From Octopus vulgaris (lineage: Eukaryota), in contig OX597815.1 in assembly GCA_951406725.2 (NCBI GenBank), forward strand, positions 35,774,001 through 35,838,000: a stretch of DNA of 64,000 nucleotides. Reading direction: 5' to 3'. Shown piece after piece: positions 24,845-38,798 of the stretch. Position 1 is the first letter of the stretch; each line of letters begins with the position of its first letter. The translations under genes and the position numbers were made by a program. Below the pieces are notes generated by a model, which worked only from the letters and a program-made list of their open reading frames with translations, was not told the origin of the DNA and ran no database searches.

Positions 24845-27800
24845 TTAAATAAGATTAAATTAACGAAAATAGAGTCCAGTATAATGCTTTTCTTTCAGGC
24901 ACAGATACTCTTTCAGGAAGCCATACTTAACCCTTCTGAAATCTACAAGTTTCCCACCCCTAGATTACAACAGACATAGACTTAGGTCTGTGATGAGCTC
25001 TAGCACTCTGAAAGCCAGAGCTTAAACTAATTTTCACAGGATATAAGCAACTGAGATTACAATACTGCTTCTTGAATGAAACATCAGTTCATTGCATGGT
25101 TAACTTCCTGGCTATTGCTAGAATTCATTTACAGCTGAGTGAACTGGAGCAATGTGAAATGAAGTGTTTTATTCAACAATAATTTCTGCCGGTTCAGAAA
25201 TTAAAATCATGAGTGAATCCTAACCACTAGACCATGAGCCTTCATAGCATAAATGAAACCAAAAAAAAACTTCAAATACCATTTAGCATCTGCTGACAGA
25301 GTCCAGTTCAAGACCAAAGTAATGTAAGGTAATAGTTTGATGTTGTTTACTTCCATGTCAAAGGCTGTGAGCATGCTGAACAAAATGCTTTGTGGCATTT
25401 CTTCCAGCTTCATATTCTGAGTTCAAATTCTACCAAGGTCATTTTGCCTTTCACCTTTTCAGGATCAATAAAATAAAGTACCAGTTTATCACTGAGATCA
25501 ATGTAATCTACTAGTCCCCTCCCCACAAATTTCAGGCCTTGTGCCTATAACAGAAAGGATTTACTTCCGTGTCAGCATAGATCTGATTAAATGTATTCCA
25601 ACCATCCCATATTTTACTCAAGCATAATTTATAAAGGACTACATTATCCTGTGTTCTTCCTTCTTTAAAATGGTAGGGTATGATTTGAGGAAAATCTTAC
25701 TGCAATTTCTAGCAGTTTGAATGACCTAAGAGATAAGTGCTTCTCAGACTTTTTTAACTATCACCCTTTTTTATTTTACTCAGGTTTTTCAAGGCTTAAA
25801 CCCTTGCCATGATTCAAAGCCCCACTCCCTGTCTGTTTTTAATGTACATACCTATAAAATCAGACCAGGGTAATTTAGTTCTAACCAGCCAGTACCACAC
25901 TACTATAAGTAAATGAGGCATATATTCAGTTTGGTTTACTTATTCACATTTTGAAGTCTATTATTAATGATTTTGGTGTTGTTAGTGTTACTGTCACTCT
26001 TGTGATTGTAACTAACAGATAGTTTATCATAGTATTACTTCTGAAATATTTTTAAAGTTAACATAAACAAAAAAATTGTACAGGGGTGCACAGTAGATGC
26101 ACCCCTACATCCCCCTTTATTCCTGGTACTCATATAAAATTTTCCAGTCCCCCAGGGCTCATATCACCTACTTTGAGAGGTACTGATATAGAAGTTTCAT
26201 CATTGGCACATATACTTGACTGTAAATTGGACTAGCAGAAATGGTTGACTGTCAGGCAAAATGCCTGACATTATTTTACATCAGGCATTGAGCTTGCAGA
26301 AGTGTTAGAGTGTCAGAAAAATGCCTGGAAGCATTTATTCATACCCTTTAAGTTCTGAGTTCAATTCAAAGTCAACTCTACCTTTCATCCCTCCGTGGTC
26401 AATAACGTAAAGTACTAGACAAGAACTGGCAGGAGGGGGTCAATGTAACCATTTAACACCTCCCTTTAAAATCACTAGCCTCATGCCAAAATATGGATCA
26501 ATTATTTAGTTTAAAGTGACTTCACAGCCTACCAGATTTGATTTTGTCTTTCAGCCATCCTAGAATGATAAAATGTTTACCAGTAATCTGCTGAGTCATT
26601 TGGATGGTAGGCTTAATCAGTTGCCCACCACCAGGTACTTTAGTTGACTATAATAAAGTCCAGAGTCGTATAGACATTCAGACCAGGGCTCCAGCTTGAT
26701 GATATCTTCCTCTGTTCCTCTCACCAATCTTGGACACCTGCTGACAAATCATTCAGCACTGCCTTCCTATCTGATTAAAAGATAGAGAAAAAAAAAAACA
26801 TTCCACAACATCCCTTCCTTACAAATGCGTGGCTGTGTACCAATGCAAGAAACCAAACTTTAATGTGAGTATTAGGGGCAATGAAAGCAATGATTTCACT
26901 GGATGAATTGTAATACAGTATTTACTTTCTTGCATCTTGGCTCTGAGTTCAAACCCAATCATTTTTGTGTGGAGTTCCATCTCTCCAGGAATGATAAAAT
27001 AACTTGAGTAGATTCAACCAACATTCCTACACGATCAGAAGTTAACTGAGCCCATAGGGGCATCCAAAGGTAGTCACTCATCCTACTAGAAACAGCAGTT
27101 AAATCTCTTTTAAATTAAAAAAAAAAAAAGGTAACAGACTATGTGTGTTGATTTCAGAATAACAATTAAGTATTGATTGTTATATTGAAGAGACTAGATT
27201 TACTACTACATAATTGAAATGATGATGATGATGATGACGATGATGATGATGATGATGATGACGATGATGATGATGATGGCAGCAGCAGCAGTGGTGGTGG
27301 CATGTATTAATGGGAAGAAAAACGAGGAAAAAGGCAAAACTTAATGACAACTTCTCAAGCTTCTTACTTAATCAACTGTTGTTAACTGCCGAAATAACAT
27401 TAATTAAGTATAATCTTATTAAGTGTTTGAAGCCCAAGAGTGCTCTAATCAACCAGATACACATCAGCTTTGCCATTGTCAACAATGTTCACTGGGACAT
27501 AAGAATGTTGTTTATTTGCATTTTTTGTCTCTTGTTGCTGTTTAGCCACAGATCAGCCCTGATAAACCAAATACAATCCACCTGTGGCCACCCTATCCTT
27601 TTTCCTAAGTACAGTGCACCAAGAAATACAATATCCAATATATTCGTCCATTTTTTAAATTGTAGTATGTGATTTGAAGGCGATTTCATTGCTAGCTCAA
27701 GTAGATCAAGCAACCAGAGTCTCTATGTGATTTCTGGACTTGCTAAAAACAGCAGGCAATTTCTCTGAAATATTCTATTTTAAATATTTAAAAAAATGAC

Positions 27801-28649
27801 ACATTAGATAATAGTCCTAGATACTCCCCCCAAAAAATGGGATGGTCATACTTGGAATGCCTTTGCTCACAGATTGACCATGGACGAAACAAGGGCCTGT
27901 TTATTGGCTTTTTGTTTTGATTTAGTTTTGCTTTTTCTTTTACAGGCATCCAGCCTGTGGCTATGCAGGGACACTCTATTATCATTGAGAATTTTTAAAA
28001 CAATGCTATTAAATCACAATATTCTCTCCCAAAGTAAACCACATCTAACACCGATCAAGTTTATATGCCAGTTTATCCTCCTCAAATCAGCTACAGATGA
28101 TCGATCACTAACCAAAAAATCAAAACTTTATATCCTGATAAAGGCACTACATTTGTATTTCTGGAATTGATTTAATCAACTACACTCCCCTCCCAAATTC
28201 CTAAACATATACTAATATTAGTAATCGTTATTATGATGGATTCAGCATTAGTGTTAGACAAAATGCCTGACTTCCCTTTATAAGTTCAGCCCCTGTCATA
28301 GCCAACTTTCCTTTTCATCCTTTTGGGATAGATAAAATAAAGTACTAGATTTTTAATTAAAATTCTTTTATTCTTTTATTTGTTTCATATATGACAGGCT
28401 TCTTTATGTTTCCATCTACCAAATCCACTCACAAGGCTTTGGTTATTATATTTTTAAAAATTCTTTGAAATTCTTAATTATTTTCAAAATTAAAATAAAC
28501 TTAAGATGTAATCTAGCAGTTCAACAAATAGAAATTGATAAAAAATGTCCCAGAAAAAGAAGCACTAGGGTCGATATGATCAACTCTAGCCTTAAAGACT
28601 GCTCTAGTATGACAACAGTTCAAACACGAAACCAGAATACAAGAATGTA

Positions 28650-29043
28650 TTTACTCTTTTACTCTTTTACTTGTTTCAGTCATTTGACTGCAGCCTTGCC
28701 GGAGCACCACCTTTAGTCGAGCAAATCGACCCCAGGACTTATTCTTTGGAAGCCTAGTACTTATTCTATCAGTCTCTTTTGCTGAACCGCTAAGTTAAGG
28801 GGACGTAAACACACCAGCATCAGTTGTCAAGCGATGTTGGGGGACAAACACAGACACACAAACACACATACACACACACATATATATATATATACGACGG
28901 GCTTCTTTTCAGTTTCCGTCTACCAAATCCACTCACAAGGCTTTGGTCAGCCTGAGGCTATAGTAGAAGATACTTGCCCAAGGTGCCACGCAGTAGGACT
29001 GAACCCGGAACCATGTGGTTGGTTAGCAAGCTACTTACCACAG
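28650..29043 (-). mobile_element. SINE family A copy
   Basis: Matches the family A consensus in reverse. Confidence 0.85.
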
Positions 29044-30222
29044 GATTATTTTCACAAAAGGGTCAAATTTAAAAATTTTAATAGCAGAGAGAACTAATGA
29101 ATGAGGAAACAAGGGGACAATTGATTTAAATGGTCCAATCTCCAAATTTATAAACTATTTAATCCATAGATCAACTAAAATCAGAAGTTCTTCATGGGTA
29201 GAAGCTCTTCCTGTCTTGCAAATCTTGACAAACTCAAAAGTGCTGGTAACATGAAAAAAAGCCCTCAGCAGACACTGTAAAGTAGTTGGTGTAAAGAAAG
29301 GTATCCAGCCATAGAAGCCATACTAAAGCTGGCACAGAGCATGATTCAGCCCTGCAGCTCGCATGACCCGATTAAATCATCCAACCCATGCCAGCATGGA
29401 AAACAGGCATTAAATGATGATGACATATGTATGTGTGTATATGTCTTTCTGTTTGTGTTTGACCACACACTGCTTAACAATTGACATTGGTTTGTTTATA
29501 TCCCTGAAACTTAGCAGCCCATGAATGAAACCAATAGACTAAGTGCCAAGCTAAAAATATAAGCCTTTCTATTATAGGCACAAAGCCTGAAATTTTGGAG
29601 GGGATGGAGAGGCTAGCTGATTACATCGACCCCAATGTTTCACTGATACTTAATTTATTGACCCCAAAAGCATGAAAGGTAAAGCTAACCTTGGCAGAAT
29701 TTGAACTTGGAATGTAAAGATAGACGAAATGCTGCAAAGCATTTTGCCCGGCGTGTTAATAATTCTGCCAGCTCACTGCCTTCTTAATAATAATAATAAT
29801 AATAATAATAATAGTCATGATGGGTATACTGGGCTTCGTATATTTTACCCAGTGTCACTTTGATGGCATGCACTGCTCTATCACTCAATAATAATAATAA
29901 TCATCATCATCATCATCATCGTCGTTTAGCATCCGCTTTCCATGTTAGCATGGGTTGGATGGTTCAACTGGGGTCTGGGAAGCCAGAAGGCTGCACCAGG
30001 CCCAGTCTGATCTGGCAATGTTTCTACAGCTGGATGCCCTTCCTAACACCAACCACTCCGTGAGTGTAGTGGGTGCTTTTTACGTGCCACCGATACAGGT
30101 GCCAAACGAGGCTGGCAACGGCCACGAACGGATGGTGCTTTTTACATGCCATCGGCATGAGGCCAGTCGGGGCGGCACTGGTATCACAGCTGCAATTTCC
30201 ATTGATGTTGATCGATTTCGAT

Positions 30223-30267
<45 letters not shown>

Positions 30268-30979
30268 GTAAAAAAACTAATATGAACTCGGGTTAATTTG
30301 TTTGACTAAATCCATCATAGTGGTACCCCAGCATGTACCCTGGCACCATGCAATCCAATGACTGAAACAAGTAAAAAGGTAAAAGCTAAAAGATGAGTGC
30401 AGATAACAAATATGTTTTTTAATGAATCAGCAAGAGAGTTTCTATGCAATTATTCGAAAAGCAGTTAAATCTCTTTCACTCTTTAGAAGCATCATTATTT
30501 AGTGTCCATTAAGATGGCGAGCTGGCAGAATCATTAGTGTGCCAGACAAAATGCTTAGCAGTATTTCGTCTGTCTTTACGTTCTGAGTTCAAATTCCGCC
30601 AAGGTCAAGTTTGCCTTTTATCCTTCCGGGGTCAATGAATTAAGTACCAGTTATGTACTGATTTCGATCTAATCAAATGGCCCCCTCCTAAAAAATTTCT
30701 GGCCTTGTGCCTCGAGTAGAAAAGAATTAAGTGCCAGTAATGTACTAGGATTGATCTAATTGACTGCTCCCTTCCACCAAAATTTCAGGCATAGTGCCAA
30801 TAGTGGAAAGGACTATTTAATGTCCATTTTCCCATGCTAAAAAGAGTTGGACAGTTTGACAGGATTTGATGAGCCCAAAGATCGTACTGTACTCAAGTGT
30901 CTGCTTTGGCATGGTTTCTATGGCTGGGTGTCCTTCCTAACACCAACCACTTTACAGTGTGTACTGCATTTAAATATAT

Positions 30980-31182
30980 ACTCTTTTACTTGTTTCAGTC
31001 ATTTGACTGCGGCCATGCTGGAGCACCGCCTTTAATCGAGCAACTCGACCCTGGGACTTATTCTTTTGTAAGCCCAGTACTTATTCTATCAGTCTCTTTT
31101 GCTGAACCGCTAAGTAACGGGGACATAAACACACCAGCATCGGTTGTCAAGCAATGCTAGGGGGACAAACACAGACACACAA

Positions 31183-31217
<35 letters not shown>

Positions 31218-31385
31218 CATATATACGACGGGCTTCTTTCAGTTTCCGTCTACCAAATCCACTCACAAGGCTTTGGTCGGCCCGAGGCTATAGTAGAAGA
31301 CACTTGCCCAAGATGCCATGCAGTGGGACTGAACCCAGAACCATGTGGTTGGTAAACAAGTTACTTACCACACAGCCACTCCTAC
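30980..31385 (-). mobile_element. SINE family A copy (near full length)
   Basis: Matches the family A consensus in reverse, including the tRNA head. Confidence 0.88.
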
Positions 31386-31835
31386 ACCTATATATTTATT
31401 TCAATATAATTTCATGATATTATTCACCTCGTTTTCTTTTAATATCGACCGACAATATAACACTGGCAGCAGGTGCTAATTTACAATAAGTGGTTAATTG
31501 TAATGAGAACAAGTAACAGTTAATTGCTGGAACAATTCATTGGCAATTATCTAAATTTGCTAAACAGATAAAAAAAAAAATTAAATAAATGTCAATAAAA
31601 CGTTTAATGAGGTTAGTTTTTTTGTTAAGATAAAGAAATTAATAGTAAAGCAAAATAACTGGAACGTAATCTACATTTTAATTTAAATAAGATAGTGAAA
31701 AAAACTGGGAATCTTCAAAGTTATTATGTATAATAAAAACAGAAAATATAAAACAGCTTTAAATTTTTTTAACACAAAACATAATAAAATAAAATAAATT
31801 AATGAATAGTTATTTCTAAAGATTATACTAAACAA

Positions 31836-32263
31836 GGATCTTTTCAGCTTGAACGGCAGTTTTTTCTACTGGTGTCATATGAAATTGTCACCCATAATTA
31901 TGACCCTAGTATCGATCTATTGCATTTCAATCTATTTTAGGGTTAGAGTTAGGGTTAGGGTTAGGGGAGGGGGAAGGGTATCTTTTTTTCTTCACAAATG
32001 TAAATAAACCCAATCTGTTTCTTAAACGAGGGACATATTCATACGGCACAGAATATTTTTTAGCTCAATAGAAGTCATTGATTGGTTGAAATTGCAGAAA
32101 TTGAAGAAAAAAAACAACAAATATCTTACAAACTATAGAATTTTCTCAATAAAGCCAAGAGAAAAAGATGTTTTATAAACACATTCTACCAGTATATGAA
32201 GTTTAAAACTTTTTAGTTACCTAGAAATTATGTTAAAAACTGCAGTTCAAACCGAAAAGATCC
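31836..32263. mobile_element. MITE with ~28-bp TIRs, 8-bp TSD and internal telomere-like repeats (Merlin/MULE-like termini)
   Basis: GGATCTTTTCAGCTTGAACGGCAGTTTT ... AAAACTGCAGTTCAAACCGAAAAGATCC. TSD CTAAACAA (31828-31835, 32264-32271). (TTAGGG)-like tract at ~31938-31966. Confidence 0.8.
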
Positions 32264-32929
32264 CTAAACAAATGACATACAAGAGCTATAAAGTAATGAA
32301 ATACATACAGAATCCTGAATTTCTCAGCCCAATATATGTAATGATCTCATCATGTGATAGGGACTCCCTTGATAGTTTCATTTTCATAGAATGGATCTAG
32401 TACAAATTAGCAATAGGGAAACCATTCTCCCCCAAGCCGTATTCACAGGAGTTGAACCAAGCACTCCAGGTCAACAAAACACTAAGTAATTTAATAGAGT
32501 TGTCACTGCTAACAGTGATCATTTATGTCCATCCTGTGATTCCTAGTTACACCTAAGTGAACTGGGCTATTTTAGTTGAGTCTTTTGGTCACAGACACAA
32601 TGTAGTGATGGTGACAGGATATTCACACCAGCCCTTTTTAGCTGATGTTTGGTGGTTTGCAGGTTAAACCATTTCACACATGCAATGTAATATCTTTAAG
32701 TGTGAAATCAGGATCAAGAGGTTTACTGTTAAATGAGCAAGATCTCTTGACGGCAACTACAGAAATGTGAAATAAACAAGTAGTATCTACCAACGTTACA
32801 AAGACATTTTATCTGGTCAGCAGTTACCACCTGTTTAATATCCTTATCAAGAAATGCTGACATTCGAAGCTGTCAGCATAATCAAATCTAACACATGGAC
32901 ATGGGACACAGTCCAACAATCCTAAAATG

Positions 32930-33472
32930 TATCATCATCATCATTGTTCGACCGTGGTCGAGACAATGGAATTTATCATGCTACGCCAGACTTCACGGTC
33001 CATCATGGCATTACGGAGGTCCTGTTGCTGGATGCCTGTATCCCTGGAGATTACATCAGGGTAGGAGAGTGTGCGCCCTTTGGTATTGCGAGTAGATGGC
33101 TTCCAGAGGAGAAGAGTAGAAATTACTTCTTTTTCAGCTCTACAACAATGTCCAGCAAACTGGACTCTCCTACCTTTCACAAGAGATGACACAGGTGGTA
33201 GTTTCCCATATATTTGCATTTTGGTTGGATGGCGCCTCCACGAGAGATTTTGAGCTCTCATAAGGAGGCGAGTGTAGGTTCCATCCAACCGCCTCTAACG
33301 TCCAGGTTTCTGAGCCATATAGTAGAATTGGTTCGACTGTGGCTTTGAAGATTTCAAGTATGAAGTCTCTACTTAGATTTGATGACCAGATCTTATGCAT
33401 GTCATTACAGGCTGACCAGGCCATACCCTTTCTAGTTAGAAAGTCTTTTCCAGATGATGATATGTATGATCC
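32930..33472 (-). mobile_element. RTE-X/RTE-clade LINE 3' fragment
   Basis: AWSACNDMHKIWSS...VEPILLYGSETWTL / DGTYTRLL...RRVQFAGHC..DREVWR with a (TGA)n tail; frameshifted. Confidence 0.85.
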
Positions 33473-33721
33473 ATAAAATGTATATTTGGCTTATTAACTG
33501 AGAATATCTACCACTACTCAGAAGAATAGTAGAACATTTTTCAATTTCTGTTTCAGAAACAAAAGTATGCAACCTATCTGAAGGTGGCGACGTTGGCTAT
33601 CCCAGAGAACATGATTTCAATTAGTAGTTTTCTTCAAAGCTTCAAAAGATAATCAACTGACCAATATAATACATAAGGATATCAAGACACATCATTAATC
33701 TTTAATATCTGGAAACTGGAA

Positions 33722-34316
33722 GTTCTTTATTCATCATCATTGCTGTCGTCGTTTAACGTCCGCTTTCCATGCTGGCATGGGTTGGACGGTTTGACTGAGG
33801 GCTGGTGAGCCAGAAGGCTGCACCAGGCTCCAATCCGATCTGGCAATGTTTCTACAGCTGGATGCCCTTCCTAATGCCAACCACTATACAAGAGTGTAGT
33901 GGGTGCTTTTACGTGCCACCGGCACGAGGGCCAGTCAGGCAGTACTGGCAACGGCCACACTCAGATGGTGCTTTTTATGTGCCACCTGCACAGGAGCCAG
34001 TCCAGTGGCACTGGCAACGACCTCGCTTTGAATGTTTTTCACGTGCCACCAGCACAGGTGCTAGTAAGGCAATGCAGATAACGATCACGCTCAAATGGCG
34101 TTTTTTAATGTGCCATTGGCATGGAGGCCAGCTTGTTGCTCTGGCAACAATCTCACTCGTATGATATTCTTAACGCTCCGCTAGCACGGATGCCAGTCAT
34201 TGAATTTGATTTTGATTTCGCTTTTACTTGCCTCAACAAGTCTTCGCAAGCAGAGTTTAGTGTCCAATGAAGGAAAGGCATGCATAAGTGGACTGGTTAC
34301 ACCCCTGGCATAGGCC

Positions 34317-34376
<60 letters not shown>

Positions 34377-34976
34377 TGAGTGTGTGATACTGTTTCCTTG
34401 CCTTGACATTGTGGCCTTTACCAGAGGTGTAGCCAGCCCATTTATGCATACCTTTCCTTCTTTGGACACAAAACTCTGCTTGCAAGGACCTGTTGAGGCA
34501 AGTGAAATCGAAATCGAACCAAATATGACAACTGGCATCCGTGTAAGTGGAGTACTAACAGCTCCATTCGAGCGGGATCACTGCCAGAGCATCTGTCTGG
34601 CTTCCGCGCTGGTGGCACATAAAAAGCAGCATTTGAGCATGATCATTACCAGCGTCGCCTTACTGACATGTAAACAAAATATTCGAGCGAGGTCATTGCC
34701 AGTGCCGCTGGACTGACTCCTGTGCAGGTGGCACGTAAAAAACATCATTTGAGCGTGGCCGTTGCCAGTACCGCCAGACTGGCCCTCACGTCGGTGGCAC
34801 ATAAAAGCACCCACTACACTCTCGGAGTGGTTGGCATTAGGAAGGGCATCCAGCTGTAGAAACTCTGCCAGATCAGATTGGAGTCTGGTGCAGCCATCTG
34901 GTTTGCCGGTCCTCAGTCAAATAGTCCAACCCATGCTAGCATGGAAAGCAGACGTTAAATGATGATGATAATGATG

Positions 34977-34978
<2 letters not shown>
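33722..34978. mobile_element. Two RTE 3'UTR copies in inverted orientation (33722-34320 minus; ~34405-34978 plus) separated by (TA)n
   Basis: Arms are reverse complements, e.g. gcagagtttagtgtccaatgaaggaaagg versus cctttccttctttggacacaaaactctgc. Both outer ends carry (ATC)/(GAT) tails. Confidence 0.85.
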
Positions 34979-35007
<29 letters not shown>

Positions 35008-36489
35008 CATACATTCATACAGTAGGCTTTTCCCTGGTTCTGGGTTAGGATTATAGTAGAAGACACTTGCTGAAGGTGCCATACAGTGGGACTGAACTCA
35101 AAACTATGTGGCTGAGATGCAAACTTTATACCACACATTTTTTTTAAATTACAAGAGTATGATTTGAATGAGATTTGACTGCTATTTGTTGTAAGTTGAA
35201 CAATGACATTAAAGCTACCAAACTGGTTTGACACTAATTTGTGTGCATTTTAATGGTAGATATTTTACTGACCTAGATGGATGAAAGATAATGTAAGCTT
35301 GTTGTAACAAAGTTTAAACAAAATTTTCTACCATTCGTAAAAATTCAAGTTCAGACTTGTACAACTCAACCTGCTAGAAACTGCAGTCCTCAAATCACAC
35401 CATCTTAAGTAAGGAATACCACATTGTACAATGCAGTCCATCATCATCATTTAACATCCACCTTTCTATAGTTGCAAGAGTCAGACAGAAATTGAGGTAA
35501 ATTTTCAACAGCAAATGTCAACTTTCCTGACAGCAACTCTAATCCATTTTCTAACAAGGTAATGATTTTCCTGCAAAACTGGGAATAAACTTGTTTGTAT
35601 GACAGTGATATTCATTTAAGACCACCATATGATGTCAAGACAAAGGTACACACACACACATTGGGCTTCTTTCAGTTTTCACATGCAAAATCCACACATA
35701 GCCAGTGTAGAGTTATAGAAGACACTTGCTCAAGGTACTGTGCAATAGGACTGAACCTTTAACCACATGGTTGGAAAGCAAGCTTCTTTACCACACATCC
35801 AACTCAGTGCCTCCAAAGCCACATGTCTGCTATACAAAAAGTAAGGATGGGCATGACTAGAATGGCTTTGATAATGGGTCTCTTTGATCAAGGATGAATT
35901 GAGCTAAGCATTATCCCCAAAATACCAATTACATGACATGTATGTGGATTTTTAAATTCAAGATTAAAATACTAAATTCATTTAAAAAATAAAAGTTTTC
36001 AGTAAAATGTCTTGCAAGGCCAGTTTTGGTGTGCAGGGAAATACAGTCAACTGAAATGATTCCCATATATTCCCAATACCTTTTTTATACACTTCTGAAA
36101 ATATTCAACTATCAAGATATTCAACTAGATACAATGAAAGCTTTAGCCATGTTCTCTACAGTCTGCACTGATTCCAACAACTTGCTTTGGAATTATTAAT
36201 GGGTTCTTTATAAACACACACACATTGAAAATTTTAAGGAAAAGGTATTGAATTAAATGACATCCACATATTTCTATATTTTCTACAAGAGGTATTTGGG
36301 AACTCAGTTTGCTAAAAACCTAACACTATACAAGATCTAATGAAATTTTTTTTAAATCCCTGAATTAAATTATAGTAATAGTAACGATATGTTGGAATAT
36401 AGTGTTGGGTTACTGAGTGTAGCCCATATCTTCAATTCAAACAATTGCGGCTGGTTCATCATGCATCTTAATTAAGTTAATTTTTTGGC

Positions 36490-36685
36490 TCAAAAAGCAA
36501 AAAGCAAGGCCATGTAGGGGGACATGGAATTATGTACAGGGAGGGTGTTCATCCAAAGAGTTCAGGCCATTTCTGGTCAAGAGAGACTTTGAACCGAGCG
36601 GTCGTCGGCATCTTCACTATCTCGTCCGGCAGCTTATTCCACGGATCCGCAACCCGGACGGAGAAAGCCCTTCTCCTTCGATTGG
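36490..36685 (-). mobile_element. CR1-type LINE 3' end fragment
   Basis: Minus strand NRRRRAFSVRVADPWNKLPDEIV....FKVSLD, a CR1 C-terminal motif. Confidence 0.7.
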
Positions 36686-36867
36686 CTGTCTGGATTAGGT
36701 ATCACCAGATATATCCAAAGATAGTAGTTATATATTTGATACCAAGAAATTGGTGAGAAGGCTGCTTGAATCATTAAATCATCTGCCATTCATTTTCATT
36801 AGGTAACAATTAAATTTATACACAATCAGGAAATATTCTACAATATTTAACAGAATCAAATCTCATA

Positions 36868-37032
36868 GGCGCAGGAGTGGCTGTGTGGTAAGTAGCTTGC
36901 TAACCAACCACATGGTTCCGGGTTCAGTCCCACTGCATGACACCTTGGGCAAGTGTCTTCTACTATAGCCTCGGGCCGACCTAAGCCTCGTGAGTGGATT
37001 TGGTAGACGGAAACTGAAAGAAGCCCGTCGTA

Positions 37033-37076
<44 letters not shown>

Positions 37077-37288
37077 TGTTTGTGTTTGTCCCCCTAGCAT
37101 TGCCTGACAACCGATGCTGGTGTGTTTACGTCCCCGTCACTTAGCGGTTCGGCAAAAGAGACCGATAGAATAAGTACTGGGCTTACAAAGAATAAGTTCC
37201 GGAGTCGATTTGCTCGACTAAAAAGGCGGTGCTCCAGCATGGCCGCAGTCAAATGACTGAAACAAGTAAAAGAGTAAAGAGTAAGAGT
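36868..37288 (+). mobile_element. Full-length SINE family A
   Basis: ggcgcaggagtggctgtgtggtaag head, internal (TA)n and (gagtaaa)n tail. Confidence 0.92.
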
Positions 37289-37510
37289 ATATCAGTTGAA
37301 GAATTAGGAAAAGGTTCTGTATTCTTTATTTTCAATGTTTCATTAAATGGAACCATGTGTGATTTTAAATGTAAATAAATAAATATTACACAAAAGTTCC
37401 GGATGAAATTCGATTTTAAAACAATTATTACAATATAAACCTTACAAGAAATATGTAAAAGGTTTATGCAAGATATTTAGAAAAGTTTTATATATAATAT
37501 TGCATACATT

Positions 37511-37557
<47 letters not shown>

Positions 37558-38023
37558 CAGACAGACAGACAGACGAGGAGAGAGGAATGCATAAATGACC
37601 TTTACCTTTCTTTTTTTAACATATTCATTCGGAGTGAAAAATGATGACATTCATGTGATGAGCAATAAAGGCGCATATAGTTCCATCTGAAAATGGCATC
37701 TGCGTGTAAATATATGTGTATACACGCACACATATGTATGTATAAATATATATATATAGAGAGAGAGAGAGAGACAAAGAAAGAAGAAAGAGTGACAGAG
37801 AGACATCCTCGAGTTTACATCAGTTTCACTTTCGTAAAACAAACATTTGTACGTAACATATCTTTCGAAGATATGCTTTTTTACTTGTTAAAAAGGCTTG
37901 TTTGCTTTCATTTTTATATATCGTCTATTTTATGAGACTCCGCCCTGAAGAAACAATATATACACTCATTCGTAAGTATATACATACTCATACGTGCCTG
38001 TGTGCGTTTATATATATATATAA

Positions 38024-38119
<96 letters not shown>

Positions 38120-38450
38120 TATATATATATATATATATAAATATATAGACATATATATATATATATATATATAAAATATATATATATATATATATAAAAT
38201 ATATAGACATATATATATATATACATATATAAAATATATAGATAGATATAGATATATCTATATACACACACAAACATGTAGGTGTATGTGTATATACATG
38301 CACACGAGCATTATAAACATACACATTCAATGTAACAATGGAAAACGGTATTTGAGGAAAATTAAACTAATGTAAACTCTAGGGTCACCATATGTGTGTA
38401 TGTGAAGATAAATATATGTACATACATGTATATGTATACATGTGTGTGTG

Positions 38451-38508
<58 letters not shown>

Positions 38509-38798
38509 GTATGTGTATGGTAGTAACTGTTTCTGACATGTCATACTGTTATTTACTAATGTCATTTCATAAGCACCAAAATGTTTTGCATTCATTGTTA
38601 TTAGAATAGCAAAACACAACAAAAACATAAACTGTGTAAAGCAAAACCCCAACAAGAGGAAATTCCTTAACCTTAATAAAATACATCATCTATAAATGTG
38701 ATGTGAGGAAGGGTGTTCATGTACCATTGTCAGACAAACAATACATGAATGTTGGAAAGGGGAAAGACAACATTAATAAGTGATACGTTGGAGGCCCC

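Noticed and set aside
36868-36945. tRNA-like sequence with A and B boxes (also 9453-9530 and the SINE B heads)
   Set aside because: No complete cloverleaf or acceptor stem, and it continues into SINE body and tail. These are SINE heads, not tRNA genes.
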